Positions 13,124 to 27,795 of a stretch of DNA of 64,000 bases are shown one piece after another. Where the stretch lies: positions 29,760,001 through 29,824,000 of the forward strand of contig NC_043003.1 in NCBI RefSeq assembly GCF_006345805.1, given 5' to 3'. The notes below the pieces were generated by a model, which was not told the DNA's origin, did no database searches, and was given only the letters and a program-made list of their open reading frames with translations. The translations under genes and the position numbers were made by a program. The DNA comes from Octopus sinensis (Eukaryota). Position 1 is the first letter of the stretch, and each line of letters begins with the position of its first letter.

Positions 13124-13829
13124 AGAGTCATAAATTAATTGATAATGAAACTAAATCTGATTAGATGAATCGATTATAATCATTCCCTGAATATGCAGAG
13201 CTGATTGCAATTTTTGTAGAATAACCATTTCATAAGGGAATTCAAAATAAGAATAACATGTTTGAAGATATGATGATCACAACTATCTTTGAATGTGCCC
13301 CAACTTATAAATCCTGTTATTATAAGTCTACTAAATAAGAATGTCAACAACAATTATAATTTTGTTTCCTCAGAGAGAGGGATATAGCAGACACAAAGAG
13401 CCATAAAGACTCCTAAAAAATGTCATTACATAGGGATACAATCTTTTTTCTGATCAGATTATCTTTGTGGAAACGGTATATAAAATGTCAAGTTAACACT
13501 TCCCACAAGTCACAAAGCTGAACCTCAGCTGAAGTTTTCTTAATGTTTTACAGTGTTATTCTATGAAAGATAATTTTTCTAGAAAATTTTAGTAGAGAGA
13601 TAGATACTGTCCATGGTTAGGTAAATTGAGAAAATGTGGAATTAAATGCCTTGCTCAGAGACACGTCAACATAGCTACAGCAGGATATGAACTCACAATC
13701 TTTAAGTCTTAATCACTCAATCATAATGCACAGTTGTCACAAAAGCATTCTGTATGACTAACAAATTACCAATGCATGTCACGAAAGCAAACCGTATGTG
13801 TATGTGTGTATGAGTGATTGCGTTTGAGG

Positions 13830-14030
13830 TAAATAGAGTGTAAAAGTGAGGTACACCGAGGGATAGGTGAAGGAGGAGATTGGGAGGATTGGTTTAAAAA
13901 AGGAAGATGCCCAAAACCAGGCAAGATGGTGAGATGGAGTGAAGGCAGTTTCTACAGCATTGAGTTAGATCCAGCCACCCCATTAACAGGGACAAAACCT
14001 GGATTTAAAACACTGGATGATGATGATGGA
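13830..14030 (+). mobile_element. 3' end of an RTE-clade LINE
   Basis: Reads ..GFKKEDAQN..RW..GVKAV.., then gatccagccacccc...aaaacactggatgatgatgatg (a (GAT)n tail). Confidence 0.55.
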
Positions 14031-14038
14031 TGATATAT

Positions 14039-14083
<45 letters not shown>

Positions 14084-14840
14084 CATCAAAACAACCACTT
14101 GCTCATTCAACACTATTTCTTTTTAATGATTTATTCAAAGGAAGAAAGGAAGCACTCCATAGTCTTTCTCAGGGTTTCCACAACTGGTGATGCAAAGGAA
14201 CGAGTTATTCTCAGAGTCCAAACGGGGCCCAAATGCTTGCAAGAGTTTGCACTCTATTAAAGGTATCTAAGAGTCAAGTGACAATGTTAAACTGGGTGAT
14301 GGATAAAGTCATCCAGTTTAGAATAGATTAAGCATACTGGGTGACCTTGTGGCTAGATGTTTAGTAATTGCATCTGGAGGAGGAGGAGGAGGAGATAATA
14401 ACAGCAGCAGCAGAGCAGCAACTTAACTTCATAAGCACTTGAATAATTGGAGCATACACTCACTGTGTACACACACATATATACACACAAGTAACTGAAT
14501 GTACATTCAAATTGTGTACATGCACTCACACACACACACCACGCACAACAGAATATACACATATTCACATTGTATACACTATACATTAAAGTATACACAC
14601 ATCAATGCATGTACAAAAAACCCATACACATTTTGTACATATATAAACACATCCATGTATGCACAAAAATAAATGTATATATACACATGCTGATATATGA
14701 CCTACGTTGGACTCTTCATTCACATAATCACTGAACCTGGAGCTTAACTATAGTCTCTCCATAGCACTTACTCAGCATTACCTGATACCTTTGCGTCTTC
14801 TTGAAACCATTACCTCTCATAACCTATATATATATATGTG

Positions 14841-17125
14841 TTGGGTCATCCCATAAATAATGCAGTTTTTTCAATTGCATGAACTAAAAGTCAGAGGCGG
14901 GTGGGATAAAATACCTGCATCAACTTGCTATAAAAGCAGGTAGTAATTTTACCATGTATTTATTGTTAGTGCAAGTTTTGAAGATTGCAGTTCAATTTTA
15001 ACAGTTATTTTTTCAAAGCTATAATGGAAATGACAAAGGAACATATTCAGAATATTTTTCTTTAAGAGTTCATTGAAGGCAACAACACAATGGAAAGTGT
15101 GAAGAATATTAATGCTGTCTATGGGGATTGGACAATAAGCTTAACCCTTTCGTTACTATATTTCTGACTAAAATACACCCCTTATGTGTTTCAATTAATT
15201 TCTAACATAATCATAAATTTAGTCTGGTTTCATTAAACAACTATAACTTTTTTATTTATCAATATATTAATGTGATTTTTGGAAGATAATTTAATGAAAT
15301 GTTCTCAACCAATTCTATACTATAATTTTTGTCACAAAGTGACTCTAACTGCAGGTAGATACAGGTAAATTCAACAAAATATAAAATTATTAAAATTTTG
15401 TTCAAACATTGCTATAGAAAATGGGTTATTAGCTAATATTCAATTGGGTATACAACAAAATTTTACGTAGAATTTGTTATTCTGGGTAACTTTCTGATAC
15501 CCATAATAATATTTATGGCAAAATAGTCTTAATTTCATTTAAGGTTGTGGGAAACCACTAACTATCCTTTCTTTCGCTTTGTTTACATTTAGTGTAACGG
15601 TTCGTTTCCGCCGTAATGATTTCAAATAGGCTCATTCGAAAAAGTAAAAAGAAATAGTCTAAGGCTTTACTCTCCTGGGAAAGTCTGTGGCTTGGTCCAG
15701 TTTCTTCAGAAAAATCACCGAAAGAAACAGTTTTTAAATTTTCACTCCATTCAGGTGCCAATTCATTTTCTTTATTGCTGTCGGAGCTCTCGGATTCACT
15801 GTTTTCACTTTCGGAAAATGAAACATCAGATTCATTATCAAATACCACGTGCTTTTTTTTTTTCAGTCATAGAGTTAGATTTATCAAGGTCTTCAGTAGA
15901 AAATCCTTCGAATTCTGACTCGCTGCTTGATATAATGAAATTCGTATCCATTTTTTGTCAGAATTACAAATTTTGAAAACACAATAGGAACAAATTTCGG
16001 AAAAAAATCTCCCAAAATTCACGGAATGAAAATTACACTTCGATCGTTGTACAAAACTGTAGATGAACTGTTTACGAAGCATAATCACATGTTTTCACAA
16101 ATGTACTAAAGAGATTTGCTCTGATATTCTCATTTAAATATGAATAGGTAAATACGGGCGGGTTTGGGCGGTTTGGTCACATTAACCAAAATTTTTTTCA
16201 GGCGCCTTTGTAACGAAAGGGTTAAGCCAGTATCAACGGTGGTTCCTGAAATTCCAAACCTTGGTGGAACAAAATCCCATCGTAACTGTTGAGGAACTAA
16301 CAGGGAAGCTTGCATCTAGTCATTTAATCATTCATCGACAACTGCATACTATCATAAAAGTCAGTAGATTGGGTCAATGGGATCCTCACAAACATTCTAA
16401 GTCTAAATGCATGCAGAGAGTGAATGTGTGCTCTTCTTTGCTGTCACATTTCGCGAATAAACCTTTTTTGGACTGAATAGTGACTGGTGCCAAGAAATGG
16501 GTTCTCTATAAAACTGTCAAGCACCGAAGACAGTGTATAGGGAAAGGAGAAATACAGGCACCCTGGCGAAAGAAAGTCTTCACCCACATAAGATGTTGTT
16601 ATCTGTTTGGTGGGTTATGAAAGGTTTAGTCCATTTCGAATTTTTAAACCCAAACCAAATGATAACAAAGGAAATCTATAGCGAGCAGCTTAAGTCAGCC
16701 CTGGAAAATAAATGACCATCTTAGGTTTCAAGACAAAAGGTGCTCTTCCATCAGGATAATGCTCAGCCACATACAGCGAAGATGACATTCTAAAGGCTGG
16801 ATCAGTTTGAATGGGAAATGATGCCCCACCCACCATATTTGCCAGACATTGCCCCATCTGATTATCATTTATTCCACAGTCTTCAAAGTGATTTGGACAG
16901 AAAAAATATGAATTATGTAGATGACGTCAGAGCAGTACTGGAGGAGTATTTTTCATCACAAACAAGTGAATTTTGAAAGAGAGGTCTTGCAAGTCTACCA
17001 GATAGATGGAAGAGCATTGTAGAAAATGAAGAAGAGTATATTTTAGATTAAAAAAGAACTTTGTTTATCTTAATTTTGAAAAATAAAAGTATAAACAAAC
17101 AAACTGCATTATTTAAGTAACCCAA
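14841..17125 (+). mobile_element. Decayed mariner (DD34D) transposon interrupted by a piggyBac
   Basis: TIRs ttgggtcatcccataaataatgcagtttt / aaactgcattatttaagtaacccaa sit in a (TA)n context. Transposase pieces: MEMTKEHIQ.., LVEQNPIVTVEEL, GAKKWVLYK (GDEKW-like), HQDNAQPH, and 34 residues on to YLPDIAPSD. Stops and frameshifts are present. Confidence 0.9.
15145..16221 (-). mobile_element. Internally deleted piggyBac element
   Basis: TTAA TSD at 15141-44 and 16222-25, perfect 12-bp TIR CCCTTTCGTTAC. Minus ORF 15558-15848 has an acidic N-terminus and ALDYFFLLF..LFEIITAETNRY, typical of piggyBac transposases. The mariner reading frame resumes across the TTAA. Confidence 0.92.
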
Positions 17126-17600
17126 TATATATATATATATATACATATACACATGCACACATATATATACATATATACATGCACACATGTACAAAAATGA
17201 ATGTATGCACAATCACATCAACACTACCTAATCACTGCCACCCTATCTTTTAAAATGTGAGTAGTCATATAGCTTCTCCAGACCAGTTCGGCTATGGCCT
17301 CTTCTAGTTTTACCCTTCATCTCCCAGCACTAGGTCAACCCTTCAGTGTTTGCAGACCTGCAAGCTGCATGGTGACCTCACTAGTGCTGGTGACAAGAAG
17401 TACCCAATACACATTGTAAAGTGGTTGACATTAGAAAGGGCATCATGCCAAAGATAAAACTGGAACATGTTGCAGTCCTTTGATTTGTAGGATCCAATCA
17501 AACTATGCCAGCATGGACCATGCAATGTTTAAATGAGGATCTCATACACATACATACACACACACAAACCCATGCATGCACAAAGGAGATGATGGATTAA

Positions 17601-17816
17601 CCCTAGCATTCAAAATGGCCATATGCAGCCCAAATATTCTACCTGTTTCATGTTCAAACTGACCAGATCAGGCCTCTCACACCTACCCTGCAATGTCATC
17701 CTAAAAATAAAGTCACATCACCAAAATCTCAAAACCACAAGACAATACATGATTAATTCACAACAATGTGAATAAATAATCATTACATTTGAAAGAGTAA
17801 TCTGAATGCTAATGGG
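17601..17816. mobile_element. piggyBac-type MITE
   Basis: TTAA|ccctagcattca ... tctgaatgctaatggg|TTAA. Confidence 0.75.
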
Positions 17817-18689
17817 TTAAGTCACCAAAAGCAGGAAGGCTCCCTCTCTCTCCCCTTGCAATGGTCGTCCACTATTAATTACCTCCCACCAAATGTTGAC
17901 CACTGACCAGAGAGACTGCAGTGGAAAACACTTGCTCAAGGCACTGCAAAATGTGTAGTTGCAAAGCTACATTTCTTAACCGCCCCTGCACCCAAGATAG
18001 AGTTAATTCATTTCTTAATCCAAAGGAAAAGAAATGACATCCATATTTTTACAATTTCTAATCTCTGTACTGAGAGATAGAAATCTAAAAAAAAAAGTAG
18101 GTCATTAATCATTGATTATAGGATGACTAATGACCTCACTTTTTTTTTTCTTTTCTTTTATCGCACAGATGGTTCTTTACTCAGTTAAGTTTAAATAGAA
18201 ATAAGCCTGATCAGCTGTTTGTGTATGACACTACCACCACCGTAATACTCCCTCCTGTCTGTCACCACATAATTTAGTCAGCTGCACTGAAATTTCAACA
18301 GCAATATTGAAAACACATGAATACACTGGTATCCATTAATATACACAAATGCACACAGACACGCATGCACATACATAAACATATACACAAACACACACAC
18401 ACACATGCATGCATTCTTAAACACGTGTAAGCAGACACAAGCAAGCAATCTTTCCAGAAATACATTCCTAAGAAATAATATTACACACACAAAAAACAGC
18501 AGGTAAATTGTAATGACACAGGTCTTTTGTTCAAGGGAGCAGGGACCATGTGCAGCTTAAAGCAGCATTTACATGTGAAATACAAAAACAAGTAGGTGCA
18601 AGTTTTAACACCAAACACGTAATTAAATTTTTGCCAGGTAGTCTAAGACATTAGGGCTAGCTGTTTAACAAACACATTTGAACTCACAT

Positions 18690-18706
18690 ATGTAGTAGTA
18701 GTGGTG

Positions 18707-18766
<60 letters not shown>

Positions 18767-18812
18767 TGGTAGTAGTAGTGGTAGTAGTGGTAGTAGAAGT
18801 AGTAGTAGTAGT
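18690..18812. repeat. (GTA)n/(GTG)n trinucleotide repeat
   Basis: Directly visible; it produces a spurious poly-Thr ORF. Confidence 0.95.
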
Positions 18813-19771
18813 GGTAGAACAGCTTAACTCCACAGACACTTGAATAATTAAAGTTTATATGTACACATCTTGTGTGTGTGTGTGTGCGTGTGTGCCACCT
18901 CCTCACTTCTACACTTTCTTCACAGAAATTAACAATCCACACACCCATTATCCCATGACGCAACACTTCCACACCTCTATACACATAGACTGTGTTGTCT
19001 TTCATTTTATGTTCATTGCTTTCTTAACACACACAGACACACCTATAAATATGTAAGTGTTTAATAAACATCATCATTTAACATCCATTTTCCATGCCGG
19101 CATGGGTTGGATGGTTTGGCAGGAGCTAATAAACTAGAGGACTTCTTCAAGCTCTACTGTCAGCTTTGGAATAATTTCTATGGCTGGATGTCCTTCTTAA
19201 CATCAACCACTATACAGGGTATACAAGGTATTTTTTATGTGGCACCAACAAGGATCTTGCAAGACAGGACCCTTCAACTGAAGGGGGAGTAGTACAGAGG
19301 GAGGTGACTTTGTGCTAAGTGATGAAGGTTAGGGTATAACGGAGGGATAGAAACCAGTATGTGCGTCTATGTGTAGACACACACATGTAAATGTATATAC
19401 ATATGTGTATGTATAGATATCTTTTACTTGTTTCAGTCATTAGACTGTGGCCATACTGGGGCATCACCTTGAAGGATTTTTAGTCAAATGAATCAACCCC
19501 AGTACTTATTTTTTGTTAAGCCTGGTACTTATTCTATTAGTCTCATTTGCTTATCTGCTATGTTACAGGGACGTAAACACACCAACACGATGCATGCACA
19601 CACGCATACAACAGGCTCCTTTCAGTTTCTGTCAACCAAACCTATTCACAAGGTTATAGAAGAGACTTGCCCAAGATGTCACACAGTTGGACTGAACCCA
19701 GAACAATGTGGTTGGAAAGTAAACTTTGTACCACACATCACACACCTGTACATACATATATATATATACAC

Positions 19772-19908
19772 AGGTAAGGGTCAGCAATGAGTATAGTGAA
19801 GAATTCCGGGTAGAAGTAGGGGTTCACCAACGATCAGCCCTCAGTCCCCTCTTATTCATTATAGTCCTCCAAGCAATAACAGAGGAATTCAAGACAGGTT
19901 GCCCCTAG
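19772..19908 (+). pseudogene. Short RTE-clade RT fragment
   Basis: QVRVSNEYSEEFRVEVGVHQRSALSPLLFIIVLQAITEEFKTGCP matches the GVxQG..LSPLLF RT motif. Confidence 0.85.
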
Positions 19909-22900
19909 GCCAGTCAGGCGGCACAGGCAATGGCCATGCTCAAGTGGTGTTTTTTACGTGCCACCTGCACAGGAGCCAGTCCAGCAGCACTGGCAACGAC
20001 CTCACTCGAATGTTTTTCACATGCCAACGGCACAAGTGCCAGTAAGGTGACACTGGTAACGATCACGTTTGAATGGTGCTTTTTACATGCCACTGGCACG
20101 GAAGCCAGTCAGCTGCTTTGGCAGCGATTACGCTTGGATAGTGCTCTCAGTGCCCCACTGGCACGGGTGCCAGTCATCGAATTTGCAAATTTGATTATAT
20201 ATATATATGTTTTTTGATTGCCTCGATAACTGACAAGGTTTCTACCCCAACATCTGAAACTCAGGGTCTTATTATATATATATTTGATCAATGAGAGAGA
20301 TTGAAGATATGAGGTTTATTGATCACTGCAATTGTTTTGACCCATCTAGCATCGATTCCTGACAGGTGAAATACTGAGCATCTGGTTCAGGTGTCTCCAT
20401 CAGTGTAGATATGTCTCCTCAAATGACAAGATGTATCATGTTAATATAATGTCTACCCTGAAAGATTTATTATTATGTGTATATAATAGCAGCAAATTAA
20501 GGGATACAGCTCCATTATTATAGAAGATCAATAACAAATATCAGCTGCAGAAAGAAACAAATACAGAAACCATATAAACACACTCACACACACACACATG
20601 TATGTAGGTATAGCTGTGTGGTAAGAAGTTTACTTCCCAACATTCTGATTTTGGGTTCAGTCCTACTACATGGTACCTTGGACAAGTGTCTTCCACAACA
20701 GCCCTGAGCTGATAAAACCTACTAAATCTACTCTCTGGGTGGATTTAGTAGATAGAAACTGAAGGAAGCCTGTCATATATGTGTTTGTGTGTGTTTGTAC
20801 AACTATCTCCTTGAAACAGCCAGCAGGATTGAAAAAGCTGACCCCCACCACCACCCCTCAACAACCAAGGGAGAAACAATATATTTATCAACTGTAAACA
20901 TTGGTGAGAAATCTGGAAGAAGAATACAAAAAACTACTTTTCAAACAAAGTCATTTGTGATATTTATTCTACACTGAGTTATAAACACTCCCTTGTCACT
21001 CTCAGAAATAGTGACCTAGTGTTTGATCTGTTAGAAACCTGTAATTGACAAAACAATTGCTCACCAATTTCAGTTTAAAATAAATAAATAGGTGCAGGCA
21101 TGACTGTATGGATATATACTTTGCTTGGTAACCACATAATCTGATGTCCTATCCAACTGTGCAACACTTTGGGTCAGTTAATGCTTTGTGAATAAAACTG
21201 ATAGCCAGAAACTATATAGAAACCTGTGTGGTGTATGTGTATGAATGTTTACATTCTACGTCTTCACAGAAATCACTGAGCTTAAAAAACAAAACAAGTG
21301 AAGCTTGTTGATATTTTGTCAATAAATTATCCTCTAGCATTGCATTTCAAAGACAAATGGAATTTTTTTTTACACATACACACATCTATATTTATATGTG
21401 CATGTGTGTGTGTGTATTCATGACAGTAATACTTGAAAGACAGGTGTTAGCGACAAGATGGGCTTCCAGCTGTAAAACATAGCCTCAATAATATGTAGTC
21501 AACAAATCCATGCTAACATGGTAAATCAAACATAAAACATACGAAGAAACAAGTAACTGATAAATTCTAAAGACATGAATTATTTCAAACTTACCCAGTT
21601 TCTAGAGATGTCACCTACACTTTCCTCGCCCCTACTTCTTTTATTTATTGTCCATCAAAACTTGCTCTTCACTATATTCACCCTCTCATTACATCCCCTA
21701 GTTCTAATAACCATCCCTCACTAGTTCACATATTCTGGCAACCTCTATCCAACTACACATCCTGTTATCTTGTCTCCATTCACTTCTACTCACCCTGTAC
21801 CTGGAGAGTCAACTCTGACACCTCATCACCACTATTTTTACCTCTTTCCAGCTCCACTGCAACCATTCCTATCTTCTCTTCTATAATGTAAGTAGCAGTG
21901 TAGCTCCTCTACAAAAAGAAACTTATTCTGTTCTAATCCCTTTTCTCATACTCAGATTCCTAACCGCCTAGCATAAAACCACCTCCCTCTCTATTGTAAA
22001 CTCACTCAGTCAAAAGGGTTCTTAGTTCTGCAGGTTGCATGGCAACCTTACTACAGCTGATGCCACAAAAACAAAGAAAAAGCAGCTAGTACATTATGAA
22101 GTGGTTAGCATTAGGAAGAGCATCCTGTCATAAAAACCATGCCAAAACAGACACTGGAGCAACATGCAGTCTTTGGATCCATCAGATCTTGTCAACCCAT
22201 GCCAGTATAGAATGAAACATTAATTCACAACATTCAAAACAAGATACAAGAGTGACTTCTGTACACACACACACACACTACCATGAGGAGACAGTCAGAT
22301 ATATTGACACCCAATACATGACTAGCACTTTATTTTATCAACCCCGACTAGAAGGTTGAGCTCAGAATGTAAAGCAACATAAATATGCACTTTGTCCTGA
22401 GCTCAACCAATTTCTGCCAATCCCTGTAATCCTACTTCCCACACTCCACACACACACATGTGCATACACACATCATGCATCATCTTAGATGTGATGTGGA
22501 TGGGCTGATAGTGATTCTGTTACTTCCTCACTAATAATCAGATAAAAAAAACCTTTTTACTCATATCTGTTCTTCTTAAACACACACACACACATATACA
22601 CGCATGCACAAAATAAAATACAAATACAGAGAACTCATAGAAATTAGAAACAGGAAAAGACAGCTGTGGCTACACTGCAGTTATAAAACTGACTGATTAT
22701 AGGATAACTTTAGTGCTTGGCAAGTTACCACTAGTACTATAGATATAAACAAATTAAAGCATGCAATACACACACATGAAAACAGGCACAATTATATACA
22801 CTAAAGCAAATACACACACACACACACAGATACACAAACAAACAAGGAGTGTCTATATGTTGACTTGAGCCAATGCCCTCATTGAGTTTTTGCATAGCCA

Positions 22901-24883
22901 TTCAGCGTGCTCAAAATAGCAGTCAAATTTCTCTTAAATTACACCCTACTGTCTTAAAAACAGAATGGATACATTACATAATGTAATCCTAAATGTCCCC
23001 AAAAACGACAGGATAGTCACAGCTGGGATGCCTCTGATCATAAGTCTGCTTGACCAGAGTTGACCAGTAACTAAAAAAACACACAACAAAGACAGACAGA
23101 AACACAGACAACATTGAAAAAGTGATAGGAATCTCAAGAAAACTGACACCTCTTAATAAAAGGAAATCAAATTCCACCACCTCCTCATCATCATTGCTGT
23201 TATCATCATCATTATCATCATCATTTAAGTGGATTTGAGTTTATACAGAATAGAATATGGAAACACTGAGGTCTCATGGCTGCATGAAGAATCATCATTG
23301 TAATATTTTTAGGCACAACTATATGGCTAAGAAATTCACTTCCCAAGCAAGTGGTTTTGGTTTCAGTCCCACTGCAAGGCATAGATGTATGTTAAAATGT
23401 TCCCTTCTCAACCATGTGGTTTTGGGTTCAGTCCTAAGTAAGTTCCATTTGAGTAGACTCCTAATGAAATGCATTACAACCATGGCCATCTATTTTGTTG
23501 CAGTCTAGAACTAAGTTCTTTAATGTATCTTATATATATATATTTTTTAGCATGGTAGGATGTCATCTCAGAGACATCTGGTAGCTATTTTTAACTGGTA
23601 CAAGTTGGAAACTATAAAAGTACAATCACTCTTTAAATGTGTGTCATTATCCTTCCTCCCCATAGTATCAACTTCCTAAGAATTTCCTCCCCACCCTTAT
23701 TTTTTCCTTGCACATTTACAAAATGAATAATGACTTTATTGATCTTCCCTATCTTGAGGGGGTGGCGGCTATATTGTCAATAAGCGACAAAAAAAAATTC
23801 TGAGCCATTTCTTTTGATCTCCCTCTTAGTATACAATAAATATGAGTAGGATTACTGTGCAACAAGTAATTATGGCAAATAGAGTTGCAATAGCAGACAG
23901 ACATACGGACAGAGAAAAAGGGAGACACTATAGAATTTTGGGTTTAAAGTTAGATTTTTCAGTGTAGATAGTTCCATCCAACCCATGCAGATATGGTGAT
24001 GGCTATGATGATGATTAATAACGATAAGCTTACAATGAAAAATGAATAGCTATTTTATCCATAGAGAAATGACTAACACTTAAAAAAGGATAGTACACTG
24101 CTCCAATATCAGAGACAATAAACTGCTAGGACATCATTGTAACATCTAATGATACAGCAGAGTGTAAGTATTAGTGACCTAGCTGTCAAAGTACAGCAAA
24201 ACAATTTAACATAATACATATATATACTACTGAAAAATAATAAAGCAAACATGGTCATTTGTTTATAACATAGTGAAAGGAGAAGAGGATAGTGTAGTGT
24301 CCATGAGCTTTCCAGGTTTTCCAGTCCAACAAGATTGATGAAGCTGATGTTCTTCAATGTTAAGAGTATATTTGTTTTAAACGTCTCGTATAAACTATCA
24401 TAATACAACTATTTTGGGTTCTATACATAATCAGTCTAAATAAAATAGTTTGCCAACAACTACAGACAATTTTCTTTAATAATCTATTTTTAATGAAATC
24501 ATTAAAGGCTTTCTTTTTTTTCATATGAACAAGTTTGCTGCTGTATGTGAGAAATTTATAATTCATTTCGATCTAAAAATGATTTTAACATCTCCGGGGA
24601 TATTCAGAGATAAATTCAAGCTCACTTCAGGGATGGTGTTCTCCCCACCACACACACACACACACAAACTCAGTTACTATTTCATTAATTGATGCAACTG
24701 GGACAACCAAATGGGATACAAATATTTTACAAGATTTTGACCAGAATTCATCACTATCAAACTTAAAATTTCTGAAAGTAATGTAAAAATAGAACATAGA
24801 ATCCAATATTTTTTAATATTGAACCAAGTCAGCTTAGTTTCATTATACTACTTGGATCTGAGCCACTGATGGAACCTTTCGAT

Positions 24884-25133
24884 CAGTGGTTCTCAACTGG
24901 GGTCCATATGACCCATGGGGACCCACATAAAATTTTGTTAAAATTTACATGCAATAAATTGGTTATATGTTTACAATACACAAAACATTTTAATTCCTTA
25001 TACAATTCCTAATAATATTTAATTATAAAAATATAATAGGATTGTTTAAACATAGAATGGTCATGAGGGTCTACCCAAGTAAAATAGGAATTAAAGGGGG
25101 GGTCCATAGGAGAAAAATGGTTGAGAACCACTG
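24884..25133. mobile_element. hAT (Charlie-like) MITE, 250 bp
   Basis: TIR CAGTGGTTCTCAAC at both ends; 8-bp TSD ctttcgat / ctttagat. Confidence 0.88.
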
Positions 25134-25247
25134 CTTTAGATGGTTGCTCAACCTTCAAGAAATACCAACCAAACGTCACTCAAAGCATACCCTACAAACT
25201 TTAAAAAGGATGATCATACTGAATATATTATATATATATATATATAT

Positions 25248-25650
25248 AGGCGCAGGTGGCTGTGTGGTAAGTAGCTTGCTAACCAACCACATGGTTCCGG
25301 GTTCAGTCCCACTGCGTGGCATCTTGGGCAAGTGTCTTCTGCTATAGCCCCGGGCCGACCAATGCCTTGTGAGTGGATTTGGTAGACGGAAACTGAAAGA
25401 AGCCTGTCGTATATATGTATATATATATGTGTGTGTGTTTGTGTGTCTGTGTTTGTCCCCCTAGCATTGTTTGACAACTGATGCTGGTGTGTTTATGTCC
25501 CCGTCACTTAGCGGTTCGGCAAAAAGAGACCGATAGAATAAGTACTGGGCTTACAAAGAATAAGTCCCGGGGTCGAGTTGCTCGACTAAAGGCGGTGCTC
25601 CAGCATGGCCGCAGTCAAATGACTGAAACAAGTAAAAGAGTAAAAGAGTA
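25248..25650 (+). mobile_element. Full-length tRNA-derived bipartite SINE
   Basis: Head aggcgcaggtggctgtgtggtaag with A box TGGCTGTGTGG and B box GGTTCAGTCCC, central microsatellite, and (GAGTAAAA)n tail. Confidence 0.9.
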
Positions 25651-25656
25651 ATATAT

Positions 25657-25700
<44 letters not shown>

Positions 25701-27581
25701 GGTAGTGTGTTGGCAGAGTTATTACAGCCTCAAAATGCAGTCTTTCTATCTTATTGTGCTCTGAGTTCAAATCCTGCTGAAGTCAACTTTTTATCTTTTT
25801 GGGAGTCAATAAATAAAGCATCAGTCCAATCTAAGGTTGATTCTCTCTCTCTTTCATTCTTTCTCTCTGGATGCAATCTGTTGTCATCAGACCTGATGAG
25901 CACACTGCCAAGTTTAAAATGCTCAAGATATGCAGTATGTCACAAAGGGACCCCTTAGGATTCGACTAGGAGTTGAAGGCGATGGAAGGTAGAAAAAGTA
26001 TAACTAGAAAAGGATGGGATGATCATAGCTAGAATGCCTTTGATCATAGCTTTCCTTGATCAAGGTTGACTTAGATTACACAATAACCACCACTTGAAGT
26101 CACATCAATAGCATATCAAGTGTTCTTGTTCAACACATACATATGACCATGTAAGATGTGGGGCATGGATTCCATAGAGAAATCCTACAATTATAGGATC
26201 TCTGGAAGTGATAAAAAAAGCAAATATAAAGGAATAATCATTCAACCAGAGCATCTCAGCTCACAAATTGCAGAAACACTTCTGCTGCAATCCACCAACA
26301 TGTTTAGAAAAATTCTGGTCACTGGAGACAAATAACCAGAAAACTAGACCTAAGCTACAAATCTTCACAAATTACATCCTTGCCCTGCCATCCATTGTTT
26401 AGCACATGTATGCATGCATAGACACACAAAAAGCATAAGTAATACATGCATGCATACATAATTACTTAGTTAGATGCTGTGGGAACATAGCCAAAATCTA
26501 AGATGGATAAATAATAATAATAATAATACAATGTAGTAATGGGAAAAAATAAATAAAATACATACACCTACTGAATAATAATAGTTGTTTCAAATTTTGG
26601 CACTGGGCGAGCAATTTTAGGTGAGGACATAAGTTGAAAACTCCAGTACTTGACTGGCGCTTTATTTTATCAATCACTGAAAGGATGAAAGTAGAGTTCA
26701 CCTTTGCAGAATCTGAGCTTAGCATGTAAAGAGCTGGAAAAAATGCCAGTAAAGTTGACCCAAGTAGGATTTCAAATCAGAATATAATGAGCAGGAACAA
26801 ATGCCCACAAGGCACTCTTTTTTTTTTTTTTTCCAATGTTCTAACAATTCTGCTTGCTTACCACCTTAAAAAGCATTATATTACATTATAAAAACAGCAA
26901 GAAGGGGAAAAAATAGGGTAACATCACTAACAACTAACCTCCACCCCACTAACACTAAGTCTCCTTTGCTCCTCAGTAGCAATCAGGTGATTTACTCAGT
27001 CAGTAAGCAGTGATTAAAACTAAACCACTACCACTGCCACTGTTACCAACCCACCATCAATGTTACCATTATCATCACCACCACCACCATACATCTTGGT
27101 TTATTTAGGGGTAGCAGACAACAAGTGAGAACTCCCTCTTACACTAGATCTGCATGAAAAGGCAAGCAGACATCTTATGCACCCCCTTCAGAATTAGTGA
27201 GTGAGTCAGTCACTGCAATCTGGGGAAAAGGGATTTACATAGAGAAAAAGAACATCAATACTAAAATAGATTAAATATGTTCCCCTACCACTTCAATTTT
27301 TTTTTTTAAATGTACTAAAAAATATATATAAAATAAATTAAAACCTCCCTAAAGGAAGCATTAGTATACAGCAAATATTCATAGGACTGATGGAGAAGTC
27401 TTAAAGTAAATACTTTATAGCTTTAGAGATACAGAAAATGGAGATAGGTTTCCCCAAAAATAATTAGAAAAACTACCAAAATACTGGCAAGTTCCTGTTA
27501 ATTGAGGAAATTATCAAGATTAGACATCCCAGAGATTAACATCCTTGCTGTTTTTGGTAATAATATTTCACTTAATTAAGG

Positions 27582-27795
27582 CAGTGAGCTGGCAGAAACG
27601 TTAGCATGCTGAGCAAAATGCTTAGCAGTATATCATCTGTCTTTACGTTCTAAGTTCAAATCCCACCGAGGTCAACTTTGCCTTTCATCCTTTCGGGGTT
27701 GATAAATTTAGTATCAGTTGCATACTAGGGTCGATCTAATTGACTGGCCCCCTCCCCAAAAATTTCGGGCCTTGTGCCTAGAGTAGAAAAGAATA
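27582..27795 (+). mobile_element. Second tRNA-related SINE family (further copies near 26560-26860 and 48095-48710)
   Basis: gcagtgagctggcagaaacgttagc...gttcaaatcccaccgaggtcaactttgcctttcatcctttcggggttgataaat. The same core recurs elsewhere in the window. Confidence 0.7.

Noticed and set aside
18643-19005. 120-aa ORF with poly-Thr/Tyr
   Set aside because: Translation of a (GTA)n microsatellite; no splice or domain support. The same applies to the many CVCV/YIYI/THTH ORFs in the track.
25248-25325. tRNA-like sequence with A and B boxes
   Set aside because: It is the head of a high-copy SINE, with no proper cloverleaf or acceptor stem.
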